From NCBI RefSeq assembly GCF_009914755.1, contig NC_060932.1: a stretch of DNA of 64,000 nt; one strand, given 5' to 3'. The notes below the pieces were generated by a model. It did no database searches. It worked only from the letters and a program-made list of their open reading frames with translations, and was not told the DNA's origin. The DNA comes from the human T2T-CHM13v2.0 reference genome, Homo sapiens. The position numbers were made by a program, and so were the translations under genes. Positions 13,876 through 30,449 of this stretch are shown here, one piece after another (the stretch's first letter is position 1; every line of letters begins with the position of its first letter).

Positions 13876-14035
13876 TTATTTTTTTAATGGGATTTGAGTT
13901 TAAACTACAAGTATGGCTCTCTGCAGTGAGAATTTTAACATAGGCTATACCTAGATTGGTCACTTGGGAAAGAAAAACACAATAGAATACCAAGTAATTT
14001 AGGACTGCCAAGAGGGAAAGGATTTTCTATCACCC

Positions 14036-14456
<421 letters not shown>

Positions 14457-14539
14457 TCAAATTCTCATCCATACATGCCAGAGATAAATACTACTCTGCT
14501 TATATGACAAATTACATATATAATAAATAATTAAAAATA

Positions 14540-15095
14540 AGCATTTTATTCTGCCTAGCACAAAGAAACTGAAATAGCAAACAGAAAATTAGCCCACCCA
14601 AAGAAATAAAAAGAGAAAACAGAATTATTTTAATTGACTACTGAGAAAACGAACCCCACCAAATATTAATTTAGAAAAAAGAAGTGAATAGCAGATTTGA
14701 CTCAATTAAAGTTAAAATAAGTGAGATAAAAGAAAGGACTTAATTTTTTTATAATCACCAGAGAAAAAGTATACAGAAAAGGTATGTGATATAATGGCTA
14801 GTTCAAGAATTCCAACTATTCGTTAGTATAATAACAAAATAACAGAATTGAGAGAATGGGCAGAGAAAATCATCAGTCTAATAGAAGGACATTTTCCAAA
14901 ATAAAAGCTCCAGTCTTTGGAAAAAAGTTATTGTTTGACATTCAGGATTAACACAAGAAAAAAAAGTTTGACATTCAGGATTAACACAAGAAAAAAAATT
15001 CTGCAAGAAGTCATATCCTAGTAACAGCAAAACTAAGAATTTGAACAAAACAAAAATCATAAAAGCTTTTTCAGGGAAGGGGTGTGTTTACCTTC
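14540..15095 (+). mobile_element. Ancient L1M ORF1-region remnant
   Basis: A-rich degenerate ORF1-like sequence (gaatagcagatttgac..., atagaaggacattttccaaa). Confidence 0.45.
14933..14998. repeat. Perfect 33-bp tandem duplication
   Basis: gtttgacattcaggattaacacaagaaaaaaaa twice. Confidence 0.95.
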
Positions 15096-15099
15096 TAAA

Positions 15100-15325
15100 G
15101 GCAATGGTCAGTAAACTACAACTACAGATAATGGGCTACATATTTCTGTTAATAAAATTTCACTAGGACACAGACACACCCATGAATTTACTTATTGTCT
15201 GTGGCTGTTTTTGCACTACAAAGGCAGAATTGAGAACTTGTAACAGAGACCATTTAACCACCCCTAAAAATTCAAACCTAGTGTATTTACTACCTGACGC
15301 TGAAGAAAAGTTTACCTACGGGGTT
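15100..15325 (+). mobile_element. MER58-like hAT MITE
   Basis: aataaaatttcactaggacacag...tgtctgtggctgtttttgcactacaaaggcagaattgag...gaaaagtttacc. Confidence 0.7.
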
Positions 15326-17111
15326 CTGAGGAAAGATGAATTATGAGCTGCAAGACTAGGTGCAAGAAGATAATGAAAGAAGGCCTTTCAAGTTCTACAG
15401 AAAGTTTTGAAACTAGTGCACAATAAATACAACATAAGTTGGAGATAAACCAAGAAAAATTGACAAAGCCATAATAAACTTGAGTGATATTAATAAATAG
15501 GTCCCTGAAACTAAAGGAAATCAGGGAAAATAGGTCAGTCTTCTCTATTAGATTCACTTCTGACAGAGGCCTTTGGTACAATTGTCTCTGATTACTCCTT
15601 GCAAACTACTGATATTTTGAGAATGAGATATTGTGAAGAACTTCAGCCATCTGACCCAAGTCTATTGATTCTCTCTCCCTTTTTGTCAATCCCTATTTTC
15701 AGGGCATCTGAATTTTTCTTCTGTCTCCATTGTTATGCTTAGCAAATTTCCCCAAACGACTGGATTTCTATGATGGCCTCATGATGATTTTACTTCTACA
15801 TATATATAATCTATTCTGCTCACCCAAGAACAGATTCCCTTTGTTTCTTAAATATTATTTGAACTCAAGTGGGTTGGAAATACCTATAGTACTCTAAGAA
15901 CTCACACTTAGTTCCTTCTTGAGAAAATATTACTGTTTCAATTTTCTTGGTCTCTGCTCTTTTCCTTGCACTCCTTTCTCCACTCAGCCTTGTCCCTCAT
16001 TGACACTCAGCACACTAAAAGGCTGACGTCCCCACATATTTTGATCTCATGTCAATCCTCTGATGGGTGCCAATCTTAATGGAAGTATATGAGGGAAAGG
16101 CAGGGAGGCACCACATACTGATTAACTATGCTTTTTGAATAAAAATCTATCACTTTGGAAAGCTTAACTTACACCATTAAAAATCAATTAAATGAACTTT
16201 TGAGTTGTGAAATTTAATTTTCTCTTACTATATACTGTTTCCTAAAATTTTGTTTGTAAAAATTAGATCCTATATAAAAATTGAGTCAATTAGATTGAAA
16301 GCTGGCTTCAAGATGATAAAGAAAACATAGTAATAAATTTGGAGTCTTAATTTGCAGATCTAGCAAATCTGTGGTCTGTTTTTCCTTGGCCTCTTCATTA
16401 ATATTTTACTGTATGAAATTGAAGTGAATTATCACATACCATAGGCAATATTGAAATAGGAGGTGTTTCAAGCAGTGTAAATGAGAGGAAAATAATTACA
16501 GAACATTAAGTATAAGGCAAAAAGTCTAAAAATAAAAAACTATCAAATTGAGTAAATCACCATTAATGATTGTTTTGAAAAGATTATAAAAGTAAGCACC
16601 ACTGAAAACCTTGGGTTTACCCATGGCTTGCAGATATGTGAATTATGAGATTTATTATAATTAGAGCAATTTATTATAATATCAACTATGTGCTGGACTT
16701 TATCTACTATATGCCTTATCCTATGTGTTCCTTATAACAACCCTAGGTAAAATCTTTTTAAATCTCTATTTTACCAACAACATCAAACAACTAGATAAAG
16801 ATGAAACCAGAAATTTAATTTTAATGGTCTGAACCCAGAGTCCACATTTTTAACCACTATTTACATACCTATTATTAGCTCATATTATATGCATCATGGT
16901 TAATCCTTCTATGAAGGGAAACAAGTTTCACACCTGATTTGCTGCAATAGATTATAGGCGTTGCTATGGACTGAAACTTTTTGTCACCCTGAAATGCATA
17001 CATTGAAATTCCAGCCCCCATTGTGATAAAATTAGGAGGTGAAGCTTTTTACCAATAATTAGCTTATGAGGATGGAATCCTTATGAATGGGATTATAAAA
17101 GGGATCCCAAG

Positions 17112-17366
<255 letters not shown>

Positions 17367-17457
17367 TCAGTGTGCAATCTGGAAGGAGGCCCTCACCAGA
17401 ACTTGGCCTTGCTGTTTACTGATCTTGGACTTTGAGTCTCCAGAACTGTGAGAAATA

Positions 17458-17533
17458 CTAAGTTGGTGCAAACGTAATTGTGGTTTTTGCATCAACCTAA
17501 TAAAAAACTGCAATTATGTTTGCAGAAACCTAA
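17458..17533. mobile_element. MADE1 (Hsmar1 MITE) with rearranged centre
   Basis: ctaagttggtgcaaacgtaattgtggtttttgc ... aaaaactgcaattatgtttgcagaaacctaa; TA on both sides. Confidence 0.85.
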
Positions 17534-18009
17534 TATATTTCTGTTGTTTATAAGCCACTCAGTCTATGGTACTCTGTTATATAAGCCCAAACTGACTAAG
17601 ACAGGTGTACAACAAGATGTTGAACTTCTCAACTTTCAGGAAAACTTGAAGGGTTTTCAGTTTGTCAGAATTCCTGGAAATGTGTCTGTCAATGAGAAGT
17701 ACCCCATAGATAGCAGAGCACCGCACAGGCAGATGAACACTCCATGATCTTCACAGACAGTGAGCAGAACAGGTACTTGCTGATACTCATTAATATCCTG
17801 GGCTTGGCCAAGAAAATGCTCTATTACCTGGATAGCTACTCAACAATTGTAATAGATTCAGAATTCACTACTGCCCATTACCCACAAGGAACTGGTGATG
17901 CTGCTGAAGGGGGTTGGGTTTCAGGGATCTGTAGAGCATAACAAACAGGCAAACTGTCTCATGATACACATGACTATGGGTGGCACCTCCAAACTCTATC
18001 GTTGAATAT

Positions 18010-18516
18010 TGTAGTGGATAGAAAATGGTGGCAGTCTGTGCTCTCTCCTCTTGAATCTGGGTGAATTTGTGACTGTTTCATCAACAGAATGAAACAGAAG
18101 TGATGCCTAGTGTCTGAGCCCAGGTAATAAAAGACTAGCAGTCTCCACTTTCCTGTCTTTTGGAATTGTAGCTCTTGGAACCCAGTCATCATTGTGAGAG
18201 AAGCCTGAGGATCTCTATGAAGATGACTACATAGATGTAAACTAAGGCCCCTGGCTGACAGCACCTGGATGAGCTTCCAGCCAGCAGCCAGTATTAAGGT
18301 GTCAGCCATGTAAATGGTCTTCTTGAAAATGGATCCTTTAGTTGCACTTAAGCTATTGTAGCTGATACCACTGGGGTGGGGCTGAGGGGAGGGGAATAAG
18401 CCATCCTTGCTGAACCCTACCCAAATTGCAAGTTTGCGAGAAAACTAAATTAATATTATTGCTTTAAGTTGTAAAATTAAGGGTGGCTTTTTATGTAGCA
18501 ATAGAAAACTGGAACT
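18010..18516 (+). mobile_element. MaLR LTR (MLT1F/G-like)
   Basis: cttgaatctggg...gctcttggaacccagtcatcattgtgag...tatgtagcaatagaaaactggaac. Confidence 0.7.
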
Positions 18517-18731
18517 AATAGTGCTATTTGAACTCACCCCAGAGTTAATTTCTCAGAAAGTATACAAAACTTTGCAAATAAAGGCTTCATTTTACTGTGA
18601 AATCATTTATATGAAAAATTCAGTTACATTTAAAATACATTCACATTATAACAGTACATTTAATATTTATTAATAAAATAAGTTATTCAACTGTAAATAT
18701 AATTCAATTGAACAATTTTGCATGGTTCTAA

Positions 18732-19046
<315 letters not shown>

Positions 19047-20653
19047 AATGCTTTATATTTCTTATGCACTTATGCAGAGTTACATATTGCTGACAACTAA
19101 CAATATTTTGAAAGGATTATTATAAACATGTAAGCAAACTTAAGACCTGATGTTTTAAAAACCTCCAAAATGTTATGTTCATGGATCAAGCTCAAGCTGC
19201 TCATGAAACTATTTGGAAGTATTATACAAACTAATACAGTATTTTACCCAAGACTTGAATTGTATTTTTCTAATAAATATATAATATAAAGATTACATTT
19301 TGCCGAGCTCCACATAAATACCCACAAATTGCCCCATGTTTAATCTCATGTGCCATACATGAAAAAGTTTACAAATTTCTGATGTAAATAATGTTGTTCT
19401 CATTTTAAAGCTTAGGAAACACACATAGAAAATCTAAGTACATCACTTCAAATCACACAAATGGTAGGTTGTAAAAAGAGTTTGAACACAATCAGTCTGT
19501 TTAAATTTCAAGCCCATGCTCTTTCTAGTACGTTTTTTGTTTTCTGAATAATTTAGCTTTGAGAAAATCGGTTGACCCTTATGTTACAGTAATGTTTAAT
19601 AATATGAGTATACAACTAGTTTTGAGCTGCTCATGCATCAAAATTAAAAATGATAATAATATAAACATTTTATCTTGTTGAGCCTAGATTTAGTCAGTAT
19701 CTTTGTAGATTTAGCAATACCCTGCTTCACATTGACCTGATACTCATTAGGCAGGGGAGGATTTGCCTCTAGTATAGTTTTGATCAAAGCCAGTCACAAA
19801 GACATTCAACCCAGGGATGTAAGGTAAATCCGCAAGGTAATGCCTCCAAATTTACACTGTTAAACCCTGGATTGAAACAGCTTTTGTGTGAGCTTTGTTA
19901 ACCTTAACAAATAGCATTTATTCTGAGTACGCAACAGGAAAAAAAAAAAAGCAGCCCTTTGTGCATGTAATTCTGTTACATTCTCTACTTGCAAATTGAT
20001 TATATTCTCCTGCATAGCAACACAAAAATCATATTTTATATTGTCTTGTTCTTGAAAATATCAACTAATTATGAGAGTCAGTGTAGTAGCTATATTAATT
20101 AAAACAAACCTATTATTTTAAAACATCTAATCACTTTCACACAGTTTTGGAAATGAGATATCTTTCTAGATTTATTCCCTTTCATTACTCCAATTTAGGA
20201 TTACTGGTTGTTGGTGATGGTAGCAGTGTTCATGATTCATGGTGATAGTTGCAGTGTGGCTGTGTATTTGCGATTCTGTATATGTGTGTATGTTTCTGCT
20301 CTCCAATTTAATTTACCTGTCATTTTGTTGTATCTATATTTTCACTACATCACAAATAAGATCTTAGTGAATAATAAGCAACAATACATGTTGACGAATG
20401 ATTTGCAGAAGAGCAGGATGAAGGGTGGGGAATGTATTATGGATTAAGCCTGTGGGTTTCTATAGCTCAGTAGAAACTAGTTGTCAAAGTCACTACCTCT
20501 ACAAGGACTTCTCTTGAGAAGGGCCAAAAACAGAGCATCTTTCGCCAAGAGGTGAAATTTGAATGGGAGAGGCCCTTACTCCTCTCGTTCTGACTTAACA
20601 AGTCTTTTTATAAGACCAAAAAAATGTTGAACCTAACTTACAAAAATCCATTG

Positions 20654-20932
20654 TTTTTTTTTTTTCGAGACGGAGTCTCACTCTGTTGCCCAGGATGGAG
20701 TGCAGCGGCGAGATCTCGGCTCACTGCAAGCTCTGCCTCCCGGGTTCACGCCATTCTCCTGCCTCAGCCTTCTGAGTAGCTGGGACTACAGGCGCCCGCC
20801 ACCACGCCCGGCTAATTTTATGTATTTTTAGTAGAGACAGGGTTTCACCATCTCTATCTCCTGACCTCTTGATCTGCCCGCCTCCGCCTCCCAAAGTGCT
20901 GGGATTACAGGCGTGAGCCACAGCGCCCGGCC
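20654..20932 (-). mobile_element. AluY with ~15-bp internal deletion in the left arm
   Basis: tgcaagctc, cacgccattctcc diagnostics; tttcacca/tctctatctcc lacks gttagccaggatgg; TSD caaaaatccatt. Confidence 0.95.
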
Positions 20933-21959
20933 CAAAAATCCATTCTTAATGGCTTTCTCTTCTGATGCAAAATCCTGATTGCCTTCAAATATTACTATTA
21001 GATAGAAATCTCCCCACCTTTAGCTGAAAGAGATAAGGAGGTTTTGCACTGAGGAAACAAACAAACAAACAAGCAAACAACATTCATCAATTTTTAAAAA
21101 AAGTATGTATTGAACTATAGTCAGGTTCAATGAGGAAATGCATTACATTGTCACTAAACTGGCCTTAGTTGGAGAAAGAACACTGGCAGATTAATTAAAG
21201 TTATTAGCGCTTATGGTAGGAAACTGCATGATATATGTGAAAGATCTTTTAGGGACTGGAAACACAGTGTAAATTCAAACTCCTCCCAAAACTTTAACAA
21301 GGCTGGATGAAATGAAAGGAATACTGTGATTTCTACAATTGACAACAGTGTCAGGCATGCAGGAAACAAACAAAACCTTTTGATGAAGGAAAAGTAACTT
21401 CTGGACAAAGTATAATTGGTTACAGGTAAACAGATATGTCATCCAGGCAGATATGACAGTTTATAGGAAAAATATAATGTTATGATCTAAAAAATGCAAG
21501 CCACAAACCTATTGCCTGGGCAATAATTAGCCTGAAGTTGGGCTACTAAGGAGCTGGCTAAGCAGCAGTGATAACACCAGATACTGGAAGAAACTTCTGT
21601 GATCAGAAACCAATACAACTAGTGAACAATTCACAGTATTTCTAAATCCGGGCACCAAGGAAGTTGTTTGGTTAGTCATGATGGAAGCCAGGAACAAATA
21701 GATCTCAAATGTGTGATAATAATTATCAAGCGGAATGTCTAGAATATTATAGTGAGTGCCAAGATTTCCATCTAAGACATTACCAACATAGCAACTGAGG
21801 CATGAATTACAGGTTTTACACAAAAAAAGCATTATAAGAATAATACATATAATATATTAACAGTTCAAAAGTGAAACAAACATTTATGAATGGGCTACTC
21901 AGATTTAAAATAAAATATTGCCTGTTCATTGAATGCTTTCTGGATTTTACTTTCTAATT

Positions 21960-23420
<1,461 letters not shown>

Positions 23421-23443
23421 TATTGTAATTTCTCCCCCCCCCA

Positions 23444-23690
<247 letters not shown>

Positions 23691-24221
23691 TCTATCCGCC
23701 ACTTCTTGTGCATACCTCCTATCTCTTGCAATTAATATTGAAATTACTCATTTATTCACATTTTTCCCAAATGCAGTGTGAGAACTTTAAGGACAAGAAT
23801 CCTGTCTTATTTTTAAATTTTCTATTACCATTACCTAGAATACTGACTAATCTATGATGCATTTGTTAAATGGAAATATGCCTTAAAAGGTATCCACAGC
23901 AACTACCATAATTAGAATGTCTAGTTTCATCTGTGGAGATTGGAATAGTATTTATGTCTGTTTATGTCAAAATGTTATTCCCTAATGAAGAGGAACCTGT
24001 ATATATTGAGTTCATCAGAGGCAGAAGGCAACTCTAAGTTAGCTAGCACATTAAAAGACATCCAATAATAGAAATCACTCACAGATAGATGATATCAAGT
24101 TGATGGATAAGACAAAGTGACTCCATTTGAATAAGTACAGTGATAATGAAGACTAATGCGAGACAGATTGAGCAAGCAGAAATTAAGCTTAAGGAAACAA
24201 AAAGAAAAATTGTATCTATGT

Positions 24222-24701
<480 letters not shown>

Positions 24702-25104
24702 ATTTGCATGCCAGATCAGATTTAAATGATAACTAGGACCTAAGGAGGGCCTTCAAGATACACTTGAAGTCTGGTTGTTAGCGCCCCATTAAGAGCTAAC
24801 TAAATAAGTATGACTATAACCTCCCTTTCACTGTTATATTAATTTAAAAAAAGACAAACAAACAAACTAAAAACCCCAACTGTTTCTGAGAATCCCAAAA
24901 AACCTCCAGAAGTTTCGTGGACTCTTTCATCTTGGACTTCCTACCTCTGTTGAACTCTTGTTCTCTGCATTACATTTGATGGCTATTCTTTTATTTTTTT
25001 CCAAATAAAGCTAAACTTCTTTGTGAGATTTTTCATATACTCATATGTAAATATATCATAAATACCCACACATTTTTGCCTGTATTGTATACTTTCTTGA
25101 ATGT

Positions 25105-25655
25105 TGTGATGGTTAATATTGAGTGTCAACTTGATTGGATTGAAGGATGCAAAGTATTGTTCCTGGATGTGTCTGTGAGGGTGTTGCTGAAGGAGATTAA
25201 CATTTGAGTCAGTGAACTGGGAGAGGCAGACCCACTCTCAATCTGAGTGGACACCATCTAATCAGCTGCCACCATGGCTAGGATATAAGCAGGGAGAGGA
25301 ACATGAAAGGACTAGACTGTCTGAATCTTCTGGCCTTTATCTTTCTTCTGTGCTGGCTGCTTCCTGCCCTTGAACATCGGACTCCAAGTTCTCAGCTTTT
25401 GGACTCTTGGAGTTACACGAGTCGTTTGCCAGGGGTTTTAGAACCTCCAGCCGCAGACTGAAGGTTGCACTGTTGGCTTTCCTACTTCTGCGGTTTTGGC
25501 ACTCAGACTGGGTTTCTTGCTCCACAGCTTGCAGACAGCCTATTGTGGGACTTCACCTTGTGATCCTGTGAGTCAATACTTCTTAATAAGCTCCCCTCTT
25601 TATATATACATTTATCCTATTAATCCTGTCCCTTTAGAAAACCCTGACTAATATA
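25105..25655 (+). mobile_element. MLT2A (HERV-L) solo LTR
   Basis: tgtgatggttaatattgagtgtcaacttgattggattgaaggatgc ... ccctgactaatata; perfect 5-bp TSD aatgt. Confidence 0.93.
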
Positions 25656-27162
25656 AATGTTTAGGGAAACAGAAGGGGTTTTACTTTCCTGACTCTTCAT
25701 ATCACTGCAGAATACATTTAAATCCTTGTTTTAAACACACTTTAGTTATTTCATTTTCTTGCTTGACCTTCTCTTACTCTCTATTTCAAGTGGCCATTTT
25801 CAGGGCAGGAGAGAAAAAAAAAAACCCTTCCTTTTGTATGCAAAGCTATTTAGGGTTTTTCCATGCCCTGTGTCTGGAAATATAGCCAGGGATCATCTTT
25901 TGCAATTACAAAAACTCAGTATTGATATGAATGTTGTGCTCTAGGTGTCTATCTAAACTCTTAGGCAAAGAGTCTTCTTCTACACAGTGGAGCTTGTAGT
26001 TTGCTTCATCCATTTCTAACAGACCCATGGGAATTTTGATAAGGCTAACTAATATTTTCACTAAGCAGTACGACCCTTTTCTACTAGCAAGTAGAACTCT
26101 TATGCTGGCCCTATGTCTTGGAATGCTTTCCTTGAAAAATATTAAGCTTTTTTCCAATGCCCATGACCAACCAACTCTGCTAGTGTCACCTAAGTGCTGA
26201 CCCATGTGAGCCCTGTTCTTGGTTTTCCCTTTAAGTTGATTTTCAAAACTCCATCTTATCCTCATGCAGGATTAACTAGAGGCTTTGGAAATTTCCATGC
26301 CTTACGCCTGTGAAATTTTGCAGGGAATAGTCGGTGGTCATGGCCAATTTTAGGATGTCAACTGAGGAAGGAATTGCTGCTGCCGTTTTCTCCTTCTCCC
26401 CTAAAGTACTTTCTTGGAGTCTACAGACGTCTTAGAAGCAAATCTGTCATCAAGTTTTACTAAAAAAAAGAGTATAAAAGTTTTGGAGACTTCAAATATT
26501 CTGACAAAATGTTTAATACTCAATTGTATGTGACACTGATAATATGAGGGTTAATCAGATGTTAGAAGCATCTGGGGTCTAATTAGACTTCTACTGTGTT
26601 TTGATAGATGCTAGATTTTTGCAACACAAGATAGAAATTCAAATTGTGTTCACTCTTCTGCATACTTTGAATATAAGAGAAAATAAACAGGTAAGGGCTA
26701 AGAAGGGAGTAATAAATCATTACTATCTATGTGCTGCACATATCAAAAAATATTTTTGAAGAATTCTGAAGAGAAGTCAGATACTGTAATGCATTGTTGG
26801 GAATGCTGAGGATATGGAATGCATAGCTTTTAGTCAAGTGGACTTTCCAGCCTTGACCCACCCATACACGTTTTTGACATCATGATGTTCAGGAAAGGAA
26901 GGAGAAGACAAAGTTCAGGGGCTCCATCATTCCTAAACTTTTCCTTCCTACATACACGCATACATCCACATTCTACCAACACCACTCACAGAAATAGCTA
27001 CAAAGTTTGCACAATTCTGGGCCATAGAAAATGTGCAGAGAGTTCGTAGGACACATTGATGCTTCATCTCTTCTAATCTAAATGACACAATGAGAGTTTT
27101 AGGTGAAATCAAGGTGCAAGATCTGTCAAGAACTGACTTTGAAGATCATTTTTTTTTTTTTA

Positions 27163-27589
27163 TGAGCAACATGGCTGTTTATTTCACCTGGGTGCAGGTG
27201 CTGTGAGTCCGAAAAGAGTCAGCAAAGCGTGATTCTTTGGTTCAAAACCAAAGAACCATTAGTTCTTATAGGTTTTGGGATAGGCGGTGAAGTTAAGAGC
27301 AATGTTTTGTGGGCAGGGGTGGATCTCACAAAGTAAATTGTCAAGGGTGGGGAGAATTACAAAGAACCTTCTTAAGGGTGGGGTAGATTACAAAGTATCT
27401 TCTTAAGGGTGGGGGAGATTTCAAAGTACATTGATAAGTTAGGGTGGGGCAGAAACAAATCACAATGGTGGAATGTCATCAGTTAAGGCTATTTTTACTT
27501 TTTTTGTGGATCTTCAGTTACTTCAGGCCATCTGGATGTATAAGTGCAAGTCATAGGGGATGCGATGGCTTGGGCTCAGAGGCCTGACA
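27163..27589 (-). promoter_or_regulatory. HERV-H 3' LTR remnant (U3-R only; type II / LTR7B-like)
   Basis: Minus strand starts TGTCAGGCCTCTGAGCCCAAGC after PPT AAGAAGGCAGGAA; ~30-bp U3 repeats (cccacccttaagaag); TATAAGA box ~27264-27270; AATAAA then GTTGCTCAT-polyA. Confidence 0.9.
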
Positions 27590-27899
27590 TTCCTGCCTTC
27601 TTATATTAATAAGAAAAATAAAACAAAATAGTGTTGAAGTGTTGGGGTGGCGAAAATTTTGGGGCGGTGGTATGGAGAGAGAATGGGCGATGTTTCTCAG
27701 GGCTGCTTCAAGCGGGATTAGGGGTGGCGTGGGAACCTACAGTGGGAGAGATTAAGCTGAAGGGAGGTCTTGTGGTAAGGGGTGATATTGTGGGGATGTT
27801 AGAAGAAACATTTGTCGTATAGAATGATTGGTGATGGCCTGGATACGGTTTTGTATGAATTGAAAAACTAAGTGGAATAAGAGAAGGAGAAAAACAGGT

Positions 27900-30100
27900 A
27901 TAAAATATCTAAGAATTGGGAGGACCTAGGACATCTGATTAGAGAGTGCCTAAGGAGATTCAGCATAGTCCTGCCAGCAAAGATTATTTATTTACTTCAA
28001 GAGTTAAGAATGGCAGTTTGGGGATAGCAGGAGGAGATATCAGCTGTGATGGCTTGGAGAAACAGTGTAAACTGGCAGTGTAAACAAGAGCAGGGCATGT
28101 ATGAGTAGTTGAGAATGGTGAATAGGAGTACGACTAGACAAAAGATAGTAGGGATGACCAGGTTTTTGGGGGCACAGTCTAAGTTGGTCTGGTGTCTGGA
28201 ATGAGACTGGGGCCTAATAAAAAGGAACGTCTATACAGGAGCTTAAATGGGCTGTACCTTATAACATTCTGAGGACAGGTCTGACTTCTGAGAAGGGAAA
28301 GTGGCAAAAGTATTGTCTAGTCCTTTTTAAGTTGGTGGCTGAGTTTGGTGAGGTGTGTTTTTAAAAGACCTTCAGTACGTTCTACTTTTCTTGAAGATGG
28401 ATGACCATAAGGGATATAAAGGTTTCACTGAACACTGAGAGCCTGAAAAACTGCTTGGCTGAATTGACTAATAAAGGCTGGTCTGTTATCAGACTGTATA
28501 GAGGTGGGAAGGCTAAACTGAGGAATTATGTCTGACAGAAGGGAAGAAATGACTGCAGTGGCCTTCTCAGACCCTGTAGGAAAGGCCTCTACCTATCCAG
28601 TGAAAGTGTCTACCTAGACTAAGAGGTATTTTAGTTATCTGACTCGGGGCATGTTGAGTAAAGCTAATTTGCCAGTCCTGGGTGGGGGCAAATCCTCAAG
28701 CTTGATGTGTAGGGAAGGGAGGGGGCCTGAATAATCCATGAGGAGTAGTAGAATAGCAGATGGAACACTGAGAAGTTATTTCCTTGAGGATAGATTTCCA
28801 CGATGGAAAGGAAATGAGAGTTTCTAAGAGGCGGGCTAGTGGCTTGTACTATAGCATATCCTGCCTTTGCTGGTGTGTGGTGATTAGGCCTGATGGAACT
28901 GCCATCAATAAATCAAGCGTGATCAGGGTGAGGAACAGGAAAGAAGGAAATATGTGGAAATGGGTTGAATGTCAGGTGGATCAGAGAGATACAGTCATGG
29001 GGGTCAGGTGTGGTATCAGGAATAATGTGGGAGGCCGGATTGAAGTCCGGGCCAGGAACAATGGTAATTGTGGGACTTAACAAAGAGTGAGTACAGCTGA
29101 AGGAGCCGGGGAGCAGAAAGTATATGCATCAGGTATGAGGAAGAGAATAGATTTTGGAAGTTATGAGAAATGTAGAGAGTCAGTTGGGCATAGTTTGTGA
29201 TTTTGAGGGCCTCTAAAAGTATTAGGGCGGCAGCACGCTGCACGGAGACATGATGGCTAGGCTAGAACAGTAAGGTCAAGTTGTTTGCACAGAAAGGCTA
29301 CAGGGTGCGGTCCTGGCTCTTGTGTAAGAATTGTGACCACATTAACCATGCCTAGGAAGGAAAGGAGTTGTTGTTTTGTAAGGGATTGAGGTTTGGGAGA
29401 TTAATTGGACATGATCAGCAGGGAAAGCACGTGTGTTTTTATAAGAATTATGCCGAGATAGGTAACAGATGAGGATGAAATTTGGGCTTGACTGAAGTAA
29501 TGGGGGCTGTCTGTGAAGCCTTGCGGCAGTACAGCCCAGGCAATTTGCTGAGCCTAATGGGTGTCAGGGTCAGTCCAAGTGAAAGCGAAGAGAGGCTGGG
29601 ATGATGGGTGCAAAGGAATAGTAAAGAAAGCTTGTTTAAGATCCAGAACAGAATAATGGATTGTGGAGGGAGGTATTGAGGATAGGAGAGTATATGGGTT
29701 TGGCACCATGGGTGGATAGGCAAAACAATTTGGTTGATAAGGCATAGATCCTGAACTAACTTGTAAGGCTTGTCTGGTTTTAGGACAGGTAAAATGGGGG
29801 AATTGTAAGGAGAGTTTATAGGCTTTAAAATGCCATGCTGTAGCAGGCGAGTGATAACAGGCTTTAATCCTTTCAAAGCATGCTGTGGGATGGGATTTTG
29901 GCATTGATCGGGGTAAGAGTGATTAGGTTGTAATGAGATGGTAAAGGGTGCATGATCGGTCGCCAAGGAGGAAGTAGAGGTATCTTATACTTGTGGGTTA
30001 AGGTGGGGGGAATACAAGAGGAGGACGCAAAGGAGGCTTTGGATTGGGAAGAAGGGCAGCAATGAGATGTAGCTGTAATCCAGGAATAGTCAGGGAAGCA
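27900..30100 (-). pseudogene. pol: HERV-H pro/pol remnant (RT, RNase H, partial IN), frameshifted
   Basis: ORFs 29448-29966 ([28 protein letters not shown]) and 29554-29904 ([27 protein letters not shown]) are RT motifs in two frames; boundaries approximate. Confidence 0.85.
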
Positions 30101-30449
30101 GAAAATTTAGTTAAAGTGTCTCAGCCTAATAAGGGAACTGGGCAGGTGGGGATAACTAAAAAGGAGTGCTTAAAAGAGTATTGTCTAAGTTGGCACCAGA
30201 GTTGGGGAGTTTTAAGAGGTTTAGAAGCCTGGCCGTCAATACCCACAGCACGTTATGGAGGCAAGGGAAACAGGCCCTTGAAAAGAAGGTAATGTGGAGT
30301 GGGTAGCCTCTGTATTGATTAAGAAGGGGGCGGGCTTACCTTCCACTGTGAGAATTACCTGAAGCTCAGCGTCCGTGATGGTTTAGGAGGCTTCTGAGGC
30401 AATCGGGCAGTGTCAGTCTTCAGCTGCTAAGCCGAGAAGATCTGGGAAG

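Noticed and set aside
27310-27450. ~30-bp repeats and the 31650-31930 repeats as a CRISPR-like array
   Set aside because: No unique spacers; these are the usual HERV-H type II U3 and leader repeats in a eukaryotic genome.
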